Shown here piece after piece: positions 30,235 through 38,992 of a stretch of 64,000 bases of DNA. Both the position numbers and the translations under genes were made by a program. The notes beneath the pieces were generated by a model. That model saw only the letters and a program-made list of their open reading frames with translations. It searched no databases and was not told the DNA's origin. Source of the stretch: an uncultured virus (IMG/VR IMGVR_UViG_3300002835_009787) (lineage: Duplodnaviria; Heunggongvirae; Uroviricota; Caudoviricetes). The stretch lies in IMG/VR virus record IMGVR_UViG_3300002835_009787. The stretch is one strand, 5' to 3'. The first letter of the stretch is position 1; every line of letters begins with the position of its first letter.

Positions 30235-31839
30235 TTAAATCTTCCAAGCTAACTCTGATTCAGAATTAGACTTTCTTCCTGATAATATTAGTTTAGCATC
30301 TTTTTGTTGTTGTGTCGAAGCCCAGTCCCACTGTTCAAGGGCGTATTGGTACATACCCTTGATCATGTCTCTGTTCTTGTTCCAAAGTATATTGCGAACG
30401 TTTGGAATATAAGATATAATATCATTAGTATTTATAGATCTAAGTTCAGATGAAACTACAAAGAACTTAACTTCTTTGATCAATGCAGTTATTTCTGCGC
30501 CAGTAAAGTATTCTGCTTTTTCAGCTAGGGCATCTAGATCAAATTGGTGATCTGTTTCAATTGTCTTCAAGCATATCTTAAAGATATCTTTTCTTTCCTC
30601 AAGAGATGGAAGACCAACAAAAACAATTTTATCGAAACGATCTGCGCGAAGCATCTCGGGACGAAGGTTCTCTATTTGATTAGCTGCACACATAAGAAAT
30701 GTATCTTCTGGAAGTTCTTGAAGACCAGTTAAGAATTCGCCGTGTACGCGATCAGTAGTGCCCGCATCTACAGAAGCAGAAGAAGCACCACCTGAAAGAT
30801 CTCGACCAAACTCGTCGATCCAAACACAAAGTGGAGTCATCATCTTAATCTGTTGAAAAACTGCTCGCATGTTCTGCTCTGACTGGCCAACAAAAGAATT
30901 CATAACTTGGCTAATTCCAGTACGAGCTAAGTCAAGACCTAGTTCATGAGCAGTTGCTTGGCAGATAGCTGACTTGCCAGTGCCTGGAACGCCCACCATA
31001 AGAACTCTTCTGATTGGTACAACGCCAAAAGATTTTGCTTGCTCTCTGTTATCCCAAAGAAGTTTAGTTCTTTGAATAATATCTTTAATATTATCTAAGC
31101 CACCAATGTTAGCAAAAGATATAGTTGGCTTAATGATTTCAAGAATGCCGGCTTGTTTAATCTTAGCCATCTTTTGATCATATATGTACTTTGGGTTAAC
31201 TTCGTTGTGATGCAAAATGGAACGCAAACAAAGATCTACAAACTGATCTTCAGCAAGACCTAGACCAGAACGAACAATATCTTTAACTGAATCTTGTTTT
31301 ATAAATCGGCCCGCAGAAGCATTGTCGATATGGTTTACAACAGTGAATAGTTCTTCAGCATTTGGGTAAGAAAATTCAACATTCTTAAACATGTGAGCGT
31401 ATTCTTCTGGTGCATCAGTAGAAGATAAGAATATAATCTGTATTGATCCAGCATTGGCGTCATCAGCCCAGAAGTTTTTTCTATACTTACTATTCAAAGA
31501 AGCAATAAATGACATGTATGGAGGCAATGTCATGTCTGGCTTACCAATAATAGAAAGAATAAAAGTAACAGGTTTTTCAGACTTTAAATTAATAAGATAA
31601 TCTAAAGAAACAGAAGGATCAAAAGTTGATTGTGCAACTCTTTCATTTGTTTCTGGATTAAGTGTTTCAATAAGAACAGTCTTCCATGAGCCATCAACAT
31701 ACTGAGAAAAAGCAGATTCAAAATCAATAGTATAAAAATCTCTAAAATTATAAGAGATTAAGCTTTCGGCGGCCCTGGAAAATTCAGTGGTCTTAAGCCA
31801 TAAAGCTGGATAGCCTAGTTTTATTTCATCAAATAACAT
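30235..31839 (-). CDS. AAA+ ATPase (Ycf46/SpoVK-like: degenerate N-terminal AAA plus active AAA)
   Basis: IGGLD.IK, Walker A GVPGTGKS, Walker B VWIDE, PEMLRADRFD second region of homology. Confidence 0.9.
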   Translation of the reverse strand: MLFDEIKLGYPALWLKTTEFSRAAESLISYNFRDFYTIDFESAFSQYVDGSWKTVLIETLNPETNERVAQSTFDPSVSLDYLINLKSEKPVTFILSIIGKPDMTLPPYMSFIASLNSKYRKNFWADDANAGSIQIIFLSSTDAPEEYAHMFKNVEFSYPNAEELFTVVNHIDNASAGRFIKQDSVKDIVRSGLGLAEDQFVDLCLRSILHHNEVNPKYIYDQKMAKIKQAGILEIIKPTISFANIGGLDNIKDIIQRTKLLWDNREQAKSFGVVPIRRVLMVGVPGTGKSAICQATAHELGLDLARTGISQVMNSFVGQSEQNMRAVFQQIKMMTPLCVWIDEFGRDLSGGASSASVDAGTTDRVHGEFLTGLQELPEDTFLMCAANQIENLRPEMLRADRFDKIVFVGLPSLEERKDIFKICLKTIETDHQFDLDALAEKAEYFTGAEITALIKEVKFFVVSSELRSINTNDIISYIPNVRNILWNKNRDMIKGMYQYALEQWDWASTQQQKDAKLILSGRKSNSESELAWKI

Positions 31840-31871
31840 TATGTCCCCTAATAGATAGACTCTAGCCTTTT

Positions 31872-31921
31872 AAAAAAAATGTGGGAAGACTCTTACGCGG
31901 AATGTATAGAGCCTTCCCACA
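31872..31921 (-). terminator. intrinsic terminator-like hairpin after the Ubl gene
   Basis: GTGGGAAGGCTCT...AGAGTCTTCCCAC stem followed by a T-run on the - strand. Confidence 0.6.
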
Positions 31922-31939
31922 AACCTGAGACTGAATGTA

Positions 31940-32191
31940 TCAGCCCTTTTCTCCAGCACGACGGTGGAATTCTACGTTGTCACCTGGTTGGATAACATAG
32001 TTCTCGTCGAGCTTCTCTTTGCCCTTGTAGGCAACTGCGTCTGTTGGGATGCCCCAAATTTTTGAGAACTGTTCACGAGTCTGCTGTACTGACTTGCCAG
32101 CTACGTTAGTAGGTTGATTGTAAACGCCAAATCTAAGATTTGCCATTCCTGTTGCTTGTGATGCTGATGCACCTGACATATTGTTTTCCAT
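31940..32191 (-). CDS. ubiquitin-like beta-grasp modifier (Prok_Ub/PRTRC-C-like)
   Basis: 83 aa; GKSV..R, L..NYVIQPGDNVEF.RRAGEKG with a free C-terminal Gly; next to E1. Confidence 0.85.
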   Translation of the reverse strand: MENNMSGASASQATGMANLRFGVYNQPTNVAGKSVQQTREQFSKIWGIPTDAVAYKGKEKLDENYVIQPGDNVEFHRRAGEKG

Positions 32192-32210
32192 GATTGCTCC
32201 TTGTTATTGT

Positions 32211-32969
32211 TTATGCTGTAATATATTCGGAAACATGAGATACCATTCGATTGTAAGGCTCAGCTTTGCCTACGCCTAAATCAAAATATATTTCAGTTTC
32301 TTCGGGGCTTTGGTCTAGTACAATTGTCTTTTGTACGCGGCCAAGGATTAGTGCAGCTACTGCCATATTGGTGGCTAGTAGTTGAGTACCACCTTCTATT
32401 TCTGATCTTTCCTGACATGATAGTTCACCAGGGTTTTTGTCTGGAGCATTCTCATATTCAGGATGAAATGTTGAAGGATGTTCGGTTATTGCAACGCCGT
32501 TTCTTTTTTGGTAATGATATATAGAACCAAACAAAGCGTCGTCATTGCCACCAGTAAATACATCTACGTTGTTTAACCTCGCAGCTGCATCAAAAATAAT
32601 CTTACGCGCAGCGAAGTTATCGACAACTGCAAAAACAACATCTCCTTCAGATATGAGATCCGACGCTTTAATCTTCGGAGAGTCTTCGTCTGCACTGACT
32701 CCTTTGAAGGTGTCACTGACAACCCACTTCGGAACCGGTATAATTGTTGTTTTCTGGAATTGAGGCGTAAGTTCGTGCGCTTTGACAACAGCTTTGTTGC
32801 CAATTTTAGCGAACTCTTGACGTTCTTTATTTTTTTCTTCATAGTTATCTCCATCTACTATAATTAAACCAGAACCAGGAAACTTCCATTCAAGAAGTCT
32901 TACTAGGCCAGCGGTAAGCCAAGTGCCTACGCCTCCTGCTCCAATAACTACAAATCTTTTAGTTGCCAT
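32211..32969 (-). CDS. E1/ThiF-family adenylyltransferase
   Basis: VIGAGGVG, VDGD.YEEKN..RQ, KA, VDNFAARK, candidate catalytic Cys in ELSCQE, QLLATN. Confidence 0.9.
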   Translation of the reverse strand: MATKRFVVIGAGGVGTWLTAGLVRLLEWKFPGSGLIIVDGDNYEEKNKERQEFAKIGNKAVVKAHELTPQFQKTTIIPVPKWVVSDTFKGVSADEDSPKIKASDLISEGDVVFAVVDNFAARKIIFDAAARLNNVDVFTGGNDDALFGSIYHYQKRNGVAITEHPSTFHPEYENAPDKNPGELSCQERSEIEGGTQLLATNMAVAALILGRVQKTIVLDQSPEETEIYFDLGVGKAEPYNRMVSHVSEYITA

Positions 32970-34698
32970 TTTTTGCTCCTGTTGATTCAAATGAACTATA
33001 TACAGAATGATAGTTTTCGCAAGGAATTATCGTGTTTCTGTGTTGATCAAGATTTAGTGTAAACCCCTGCTTAACATAAGTAGTTAAAGCAGAACGAAAT
33101 GCTGGACAGGTAGCATTATAATAATGAACGCATTCCAAACATGAAGTTCCTTCAGCGTACATTTCTGTATCCCTAATATGTTCTTCAAAATTTGTTAAAT
33201 CTTCAAATAATATAGCTGGATTGCACGAACAATCAGATACAAAATCCTCCATAGGAATATTGCAACAGACAGTTCTTGTTCCGTTTATATCGTAGATAGA
33301 ATCATATGGGTCTTCTTCAGGAAGATAAACATAATCGGAATCTTTTTCATAAACATAATCATATGTATGAATATCGGTAAGTTCTTCTTGAAGATTTAGC
33401 TTCATTAAAAAGACTTCATCTTTTTCAGATTGACCATAAAGATAAGGAATAGTTTTAAGATAATCTAAATTTCTTTGTTCACAATATTTAGCAAACTGAG
33501 CAGCAATCTGCATGATACCATGTGTAGATGATATAACTGGAACGTCGCATGAGCAACAATATCCAGCATTTACATCTGGTGTATCTAAATCAAAATCACA
33601 ACTTGGACAAATTGAAGTTCTAGAAAGTTGAAGATCTACTTCTACAATTACAATAGCTTGAGGCTCTAAGCCTTCTACCATTTGTTGCCAGCTAAGATTT
33701 CTGCTAGTAAGTGTTCCACCCACCATAGGTGTTGTCCCATTTTGTAATGAGGTCATTTTTTGTGCTTGTTGTTGATACTGTGCCTGCGCCGAAGCCAGCG
33801 GTGTTGTACCCCCCGCTATAGGGGGGAGCGCTTTTTTTACTTTACCTGACCATTCAACTACGTCTGGGTCTGGTTCTTTTTGAAAAGTATAATCCTCAAA
33901 AACATCTTCAGGCTTTAAGGTGTAAGCAGTTCCTGCCATTTGAAGCTCTAAGTGGTACTGAGTAGCACCATTGTTTTGAGACTTCTGCCAACCGTAAGTA
34001 ATGTGAAGACCATCAAAATCAGCCTGGTCAGCGTGGTCTGTGCCAGAAGCATAAGCCGACATTTCTGGGTGACTATGAACAGATCCGACAATCAAAACAT
34101 CTTCTGGCTTAATAAGAGCGATGCTGTCTGCATCATACTTACAATGTGCTGCGGTATTTGACTGTTCAGGAACTAAAACTCCCCAACCTTCTGGACCAGT
34201 CTTAGTCATATCATATGTCAACAAGACAATTGATTCAGTGCCATGTTGAGAATAAACAAGTCTAAAGAATTGATCCATTTTGTCAACAAGAACATGCGGC
34301 ATAGCGGGCATATTGTACTCGCATGTTTCTTCAGCTACAAAGAATGTTTCTGGAAGTTCATCGTCGGAAAGCTCTATAACTCTACCAACAAAATTATTTA
34401 TAACTTTAAACAAAGAAGAGTTATATGTTATAACTTGTGTTGGCTGAGCACTCGGATAGTTGTATGTTGTAGCGCCACTTGAATAACCAGTTGTGGTCGT
34501 GGTTTTAACACTGTTGTTTGGAATGGTTTTAACAGTTTTTTTATTAGCTAGAAGATAATAAATATTAAAACCAAAATCTTCTACTATGTCGCAAATATTA
34601 TCCCTGTCTGCGACGAAGCAAGGCAAACCTGATGGCATCCAAAAGTATTGGAGTTGATCAAGAGTTATCTTGCTAGTTTGTTCAACTTGCTGAGACAT
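32959..34698 (-). CDS. JAB/MPN+ metallo-isopeptidase with a Cys-rich C-terminal extension
   Basis: HGTE...GSVHSHPEMSAYASGTDHADQ (E...HxHx7Sx2D), DGLHITYG; several CxxC. Confidence 0.9.
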   Translation of the reverse strand: MSQQVEQTSKITLDQLQYFWMPSGLPCFVADRDNICDIVEDFGFNIYYLLANKKTVKTIPNNSVKTTTTTGYSSGATTYNYPSAQPTQVITYNSSLFKVINNFVGRVIELSDDELPETFFVAEETCEYNMPAMPHVLVDKMDQFFRLVYSQHGTESIVLLTYDMTKTGPEGWGVLVPEQSNTAAHCKYDADSIALIKPEDVLIVGSVHSHPEMSAYASGTDHADQADFDGLHITYGWQKSQNNGATQYHLELQMAGTAYTLKPEDVFEDYTFQKEPDPDVVEWSGKVKKALPPIAGGTTPLASAQAQYQQQAQKMTSLQNGTTPMVGGTLTSRNLSWQQMVEGLEPQAIVIVEVDLQLSRTSICPSCDFDLDTPDVNAGYCCSCDVPVISSTHGIMQIAAQFAKYCEQRNLDYLKTIPYLYGQSEKDEVFLMKLNLQEELTDIHTYDYVYEKDSDYVYLPEEDPYDSIYDINGTRTVCCNIPMEDFVSDCSCNPAILFEDLTNFEEHIRDTEMYAEGTSCLECVHYYNATCPAFRSALTTYVKQGFTLNLDQHRNTIIPCENYHSVYSSFESTGAKNGN

Positions 34699-34737
34699 AT
34701 GTTCTCCCTAATGTTATATTGTATTCGTTGTTTTTGA

Positions 34738-36381
34738 TTAGAACGGTTCTTCATCAGAAGATATAATTAAAGTACCATCTGTAAGTTCTGACAATAGTTG
34801 TAATAAATTTTTAGCTTCAGCTTGGTTTGATTCTGCTACGTCTTCAGAATTGGCTGATTGAAGGATTTCAACACACACCGCACAATGGTAGTATTGTGTG
34901 GAAGGATCATACTTTACTGTTGTTGGATCAAAATGTTGAGAAGTGTGACTTGGTACATTGACGCCACAATTAATACAATCAGCAACATTTTCTCCACCTA
35001 TACAAAAAGCACAAAGTGAAGAATGTTCTTCTTGTTGATTTTCCCAAATTAAGAATAATTGTTTATCTGGGAATGGAGAAATGTGAATACCTCCGCAATT
35101 AGAGCAGTTGCCCCAAGGAGTCTTTATGGCACTAGTGTCGTAATACTGATCGTGGTGTGTATCATAATAAAGGCTGTCGCCCATATGATCAGGGATATAA
35201 AACTGCATGGTGTTTTCTGCGTAAACCATCTCGTGACTGCTTATGCATTCAGAACAAATCTTCATGCATTTGCCTGTATTAACATTGTAATAAGAATGAT
35301 CTTTTGAACAATCTTCGATTGGTGTAGCTTCACCTGTCATTGTACAGGCTATGTAGTCTTCGCTGTCTTCATCAATTTCTTCTTCGTCTTCATCAAACAA
35401 ATTAGGTACAGCTACAGAATTTTGTTCTCTGATTTGTGAACTAGCAGAATATGGGTCTAACCCAGAAAATGTAGTTTTAGATGAATTATAAGATTTAACA
35501 AACCAATCAGTAACTTGTATTGGATTAATTTCAAGATCTGAACGAGTCAAAGCGTTTACTGGTTTTGGCAAATAAGTATCTCCATAGTATGAACTATAGT
35601 TGCCAATAATTGCGTCTACTAAAGTAAGGGGAATGCCGTTTTCTTTGTGTTGCCCTTGGCTGTCTCTGCTTTCAACATGAATTGGTATCCAATTAGATGA
35701 ATCTAGAGTCCATTCCCAACCTTCTTCAGTAGATTTTTTTTCCCACTTACTTGGGGACCAAGTATACAAAGGCATTTCTCTTTCTTGGTAAAAGCGTGGG
35801 CCGTCTGTTTCACTCATGTTGGCATCGTTATATACTTCAACGCCAGAACAACGCTCAAGAGCTCTGTTCAATCTTTCATTAAATGGAAGAGTAGACCAAT
35901 CTTCATTATGGTATAGGCAAATCCAACCAACACCGTTGCCTCGGTAACCTCTGCAATTAATGTTTGGTAAGTTTACATGGTAAAGCTGAACAGCAGAATG
36001 GATAGCCGGCTCTACAGTATAAAATGTTCTAGCACCTAAAAGGTTGTCGCTAAGAAAGTCTATAACAACAATCCTGTAAGGTTGAGCTAAATAATACTTA
36101 GTGTAATCAGAGTCTCTTTCATATGCACCCCAATTAACATAATACATACCAGGCTTATACTGGTATATAACTTGAGTGTGGTCTCCTGCGCGTCTGATAC
36201 CTAATAAGCCAGTTCCATCAACAGGAAGCAAGCCAGTATCAAAGTAAGCATAATTAGAAAAAGATGTAAAAAATGAAGTTATATCTTTATCTGTAACGTG
36301 GTCAAGATTAAATGAATTTACTTTAGACCGAAAGATAAGATTGCTGTCTTCTTTTACAAAACTGTAAGAAACTTTATCCAT
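34738..36381 (-). CDS. prokaryotic E2-like (Prok-E2_D-like) protein with C-terminal Zn-finger repeats
   Basis: YYLAQPYRIV...LYHVNLPNIN...GWICL; multiple CxxC; ends DEEPF. Confidence 0.7.
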   Translation of the reverse strand: MDKVSYSFVKEDSNLIFRSKVNSFNLDHVTDKDITSFFTSFSNYAYFDTGLLPVDGTGLLGIRRAGDHTQVIYQYKPGMYYVNWGAYERDSDYTKYYLAQPYRIVVIDFLSDNLLGARTFYTVEPAIHSAVQLYHVNLPNINCRGYRGNGVGWICLYHNEDWSTLPFNERLNRALERCSGVEVYNDANMSETDGPRFYQEREMPLYTWSPSKWEKKSTEEGWEWTLDSSNWIPIHVESRDSQGQHKENGIPLTLVDAIIGNYSSYYGDTYLPKPVNALTRSDLEINPIQVTDWFVKSYNSSKTTFSGLDPYSASSQIREQNSVAVPNLFDEDEEEIDEDSEDYIACTMTGEATPIEDCSKDHSYYNVNTGKCMKICSECISSHEMVYAENTMQFYIPDHMGDSLYYDTHHDQYYDTSAIKTPWGNCSNCGGIHISPFPDKQLFLIWENQQEEHSSLCAFCIGGENVADCINCGVNVPSHTSQHFDPTTVKYDPSTQYYHCAVCVEILQSANSEDVAESNQAEAKNLLQLLSELTDGTLIISSDEEPF

Positions 36382-36399
36382 GATATTATATTCCTTAGG

Positions 36400-36783
36400 C
36401 TATTCTTGGGTAAAAAATTTTTCTAGATCAAGATCAATTTCTTGGTCAAAGTCACCAAAAGCTAGAGCAAACCAATTTGGGTCTGACTCTGCAGCTTCGA
36501 TAACTTTAAGCTTATTACTTAAGGCAGTATTGACATCAGCTAAATCAGCGAGTCTGTCTATAGCTTTAGCTAGCTTCTTTAATTCTACACGAGAAGTAGT
36601 TACATGCAGTATGTAGGAAAGAATAGGTACATCGTCTATCGTAAAATGGTTAACGATCTTGTCTATTCTTTCCTTTACTGCATCGCGTTGTTCTTGGAGC
36701 TCAGCTTTACTTTTTGTTACCATATCAAAAGAAAAGTTAAATTTTTTAATTTTATCTAACTTTTTATAATCTTCTGAGCTCAT
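36400..36783 (-). CDS. hypothetical protein
   Basis: AGGAG RBS; directly upstream of the E2-like gene. Confidence 0.6.
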   Translation of the reverse strand: MSSEDYKKLDKIKKFNFSFDMVTKSKAELQEQRDAVKERIDKIVNHFTIDDVPILSYILHVTTSRVELKKLAKAIDRLADLADVNTALSNKLKVIEAAESDPNWFALAFGDFDQEIDLDLEKFFTQE

Positions 36784-36792
36784 TATTTCTCC

Positions 36793-37035
36793 TTACAAGG
36801 ATTTGCGATTTTTAATAAATTGTCTAAGTTCAATAACCGACCACCACACAGTCGCAGAACCAACAGCAATTTTAGATATCATTTTTATGATATATGCTTC
36901 TGTTCCAGATAGTGTGCTGTTTGGGTTTACTTGCATATCAAAACAACAATCATCTAAATAAGATTGTATTTTTTTAGAATTGATTGCGCTTTGGTTTTTT
37001 GGTGAATTGTCGTATATTGTTTCTGTCGGTGTCAC
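36793..37035 (-). CDS. hypothetical protein
   Basis: packed ORF. Confidence 0.5.
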   Translation of the reverse strand: MTPTETIYDNSPKNQSAINSKKIQSYLDDCCFDMQVNPNSTLSGTEAYIIKMISKIAVGSATVWWSVIELRQFIKNRKSL

Positions 37036-37189
37036 TGGTATCTGCCTCTTTGGTTATCTGTTGCATGAATTTGGAAAGCTCACTGTTAAATAACAATGAG
37101 TCATTATTTTGTTTTTGTTTATCTATTTTATTGTTTATTAGCTTTGCAGCTAAACCTATTAGCACCAATGGTGCAATTATGAAATACAT
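36974..37189 (-). CDS. small membrane-anchored hypothetical protein
   Basis: N-terminal TM helix; GGA RBS. Confidence 0.45.
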   Translation of the reverse strand: MYFIIAPLVLIGLAAKLINNKIDKQKQNNDSLLFNSELSKFMQQITKEADTSDTDRNNIRQFTKKPKRNQF

Positions 37190-37635
37190 AAAGATAATTC
37201 CTGTTCTTTTATTTGACGATATTTTTTACCATCGGAACCAAAATAATTAAATACCAATTCAGAAAAACAAATAAATAAAAGTGGAGCTGATGGGAGTGAT
37301 GAAAAGAGAAGTGATAATAATAAAAAATAAAAAGCTGTAATGAATCCAGTTATGGGACCATAAGCCAATATTTTCTTTCTAGTAGATTTAGAAAGAAACT
37401 TCATATTCTTAATATGTGTTATGCCAATAGAAATTATTGGAAATGGGATAAAGTATGGAAGATCTGCTTTAGCGCCATTCATTCTTGCTGTTATATAGTG
37501 ACCAAGTTCGTGAGCAATTAAAACCATTAATACTACAAAAACAAAATGACTATGAAATATAGTATAGTTTATTGCAGCAACAGCAGAAGCTGTAGCCACG
37601 GACAGTAAAAATTGTTTTAAATGCTTTTTGCTCAT
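37177..37635 (-). CDS. M50/site-2-protease-like membrane metallopeptidase
   Basis: LIAHELGH within hydrophobic helices, AYGP, N...SDG. Confidence 0.75.
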   Translation of the reverse strand: MSKKHLKQFLLSVATASAVAAINYTIFHSHFVFVVLMVLIAHELGHYITARMNGAKADLPYFIPFPIISIGITHIKNMKFLSKSTRKKILAYGPITGFITAFYFLLLSLLFSSLPSAPLLFICFSELVFNYFGSDGKKYRQIKEQELSLCIS

Positions 37636-38375
37636 ATTTGAGATAGCCTAACTTTGTCAGAATAAAGATCAGAAAGTTTATCTGTATACCCAGAATCAGC
37701 TAATGAAGCGAACATGGCTTCATACATTTCTTGATGATATCTGTCTACAGAAGTTGGAAGAGACCCTACCAAATCGTCTAGTGTTGGATTTGAATTAGCA
37801 ATGACGTGGTGTGGGTTTAAGTCTAAGCGTTCTGCTAGTTCCATGTACAAAGACCGTTCGTTATTAATGACATGATTGTTGATATCTATATTACTTTGAA
37901 TATAGCAACCAATAAAAGTTTCATCTAAATCTAAACCAACTCTTTTAAGAAATGTTTGAAAATCTTCAGAAGATGGTTCACCGGTATCTAAAAAAGTATT
38001 CTCTAAGATATACTTAACATTTAGCCGGCGCAACAAGTTATGCTCTAAATGATTAAACATGTATATCATAGAGAATCTACCAGAAGTTAATTGATCTAAA
38101 GTTTGGTGTACAGCTCTATGGAAAAAGGTGTTACTAGTTTGAATGAAATAAGTATATGATTCAATAAAGGATTGAGCAAATCTTATTTTCATACTAAAAG
38201 ATCCAAGGATATCATCATCCTTTGCGCCATCTATCCGTTTAGATATGTCTTCTAATATGTCAGAATTAACTTTGCCTGAGGCACTAGCAGAAAAATCTGA
38301 TTTATCAATTACTGGTTCTTGCGAAGGGTCGTAAGAAAACAGGTCATCATCGTTGGAGAAAGCTTCGTTTGTCAT
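37632..38375 (-). CDS. hypothetical protein
   Basis: long co-oriented ORF. Confidence 0.6.
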   Translation of the reverse strand: MTNEAFSNDDDLFSYDPSQEPVIDKSDFSASASGKVNSDILEDISKRIDGAKDDDILGSFSMKIRFAQSFIESYTYFIQTSNTFFHRAVHQTLDQLTSGRFSMIYMFNHLEHNLLRRLNVKYILENTFLDTGEPSSEDFQTFLKRVGLDLDETFIGCYIQSNIDINNHVINNERSLYMELAERLDLNPHHVIANSNPTLDDLVGSLPTSVDRYHQEMYEAMFASLADSGYTDKLSDLYSDKVRLSQI

Positions 38376-38416
38376 TATGCTACCTACTCTTTTGATCTAT
38401 AAGGCTTTTTTTAGAA

Positions 38417-38749
38417 TTAATATTTTTGTTCATATCTAGATGAAATTGGTATTGAGTAGTAGTTGTTTTCTATTATTTTAATAACTGCCTTCATGTTAAC
38501 ATTTTTTGAGTTATCATTAAATAATTTAGATAAAAGCATGAGTCGTTGGTATTCGGTTGTTCCGCCCCATATGCCAACAGAATCAGTAATCATTGCCTCG
38601 TAAAGACAGTCGGCTTTAACTAAACATGTGTCGCATAGAGAAAATGGCTTAGCCACTGTAGCTTCAGTATATCTGTTAGGGAAAAATACAATTGTATCTT
38701 CTTCATTACAAGAAGATTCCTGCATCCAGGGCTTTCGTTCTATTAACAT
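38417..38749 (-). CDS. whiB: WhiB-family Fe-S transcription factor
   Basis: W....SC...FFP...CDTCLVKADC...GIWGGTTE.QR. Confidence 0.85.
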   Translation of the reverse strand: MLIERKPWMQESSCNEEDTIVFFPNRYTEATVAKPFSLCDTCLVKADCLYEAMITDSVGIWGGTTEYQRLMLLSKLFNDNSKNVNMKAVIKIIENNYYSIPISSRYEQKY

Positions 38750-38765
38750 TTTGATGCCTGACTAG

Positions 38766-38841
38766 TAGGGCGGGTGGGGATTGAACCCACGTGGACCAAC
38801 TAACCTTTCAACACTTTATAAGAGTGAGGGTATACCGCCCT
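38766..38841 (-). tRNA. atypical D-armless tRNA-like gene, anticodon TAT (Ile)
   Basis: AGGGCGG/CCGCCCT acceptor plus A73, T-arm GTGGG-TTCAATC-CCCAC, CACT-CTTATAA-AGTG; no D-arm; 21-nt variable region. Confidence 0.7.
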
Positions 38842-38897
38842 GTATATTAGCGGCTACCTATTCGGTTAGTTGACATTTAATTATCTTTCTATAAAAG

Positions 38898-38984
38898 GTG
38901 ATAGTAGTGATAGAGTTCCACAACGGGAAGTTGTAGTACGCATTATATTCTATCATTACCAACATTGAAATGCGCTACTATCAT
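38898..38984 (-). ncRNA. candidate pseudoknotted RNA, copy A
   Basis: closing stem, CGCAU/AUGCG pseudoknot, UGAUAGA/UCUAUCA stem, internal hairpin; homologous to copy B. Confidence 0.6.
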
Positions 38985-38992
38985 GAAAATAA

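Noticed and set aside
30235..36381. Ubl/ThiF genes as thiamine/molybdopterin sulfur transfer or as a bacterial defence island
   Set aside because: No cofactor-biosynthesis genes are present, E2-like and JAB partners are, and the surrounding gene content is phage-like.
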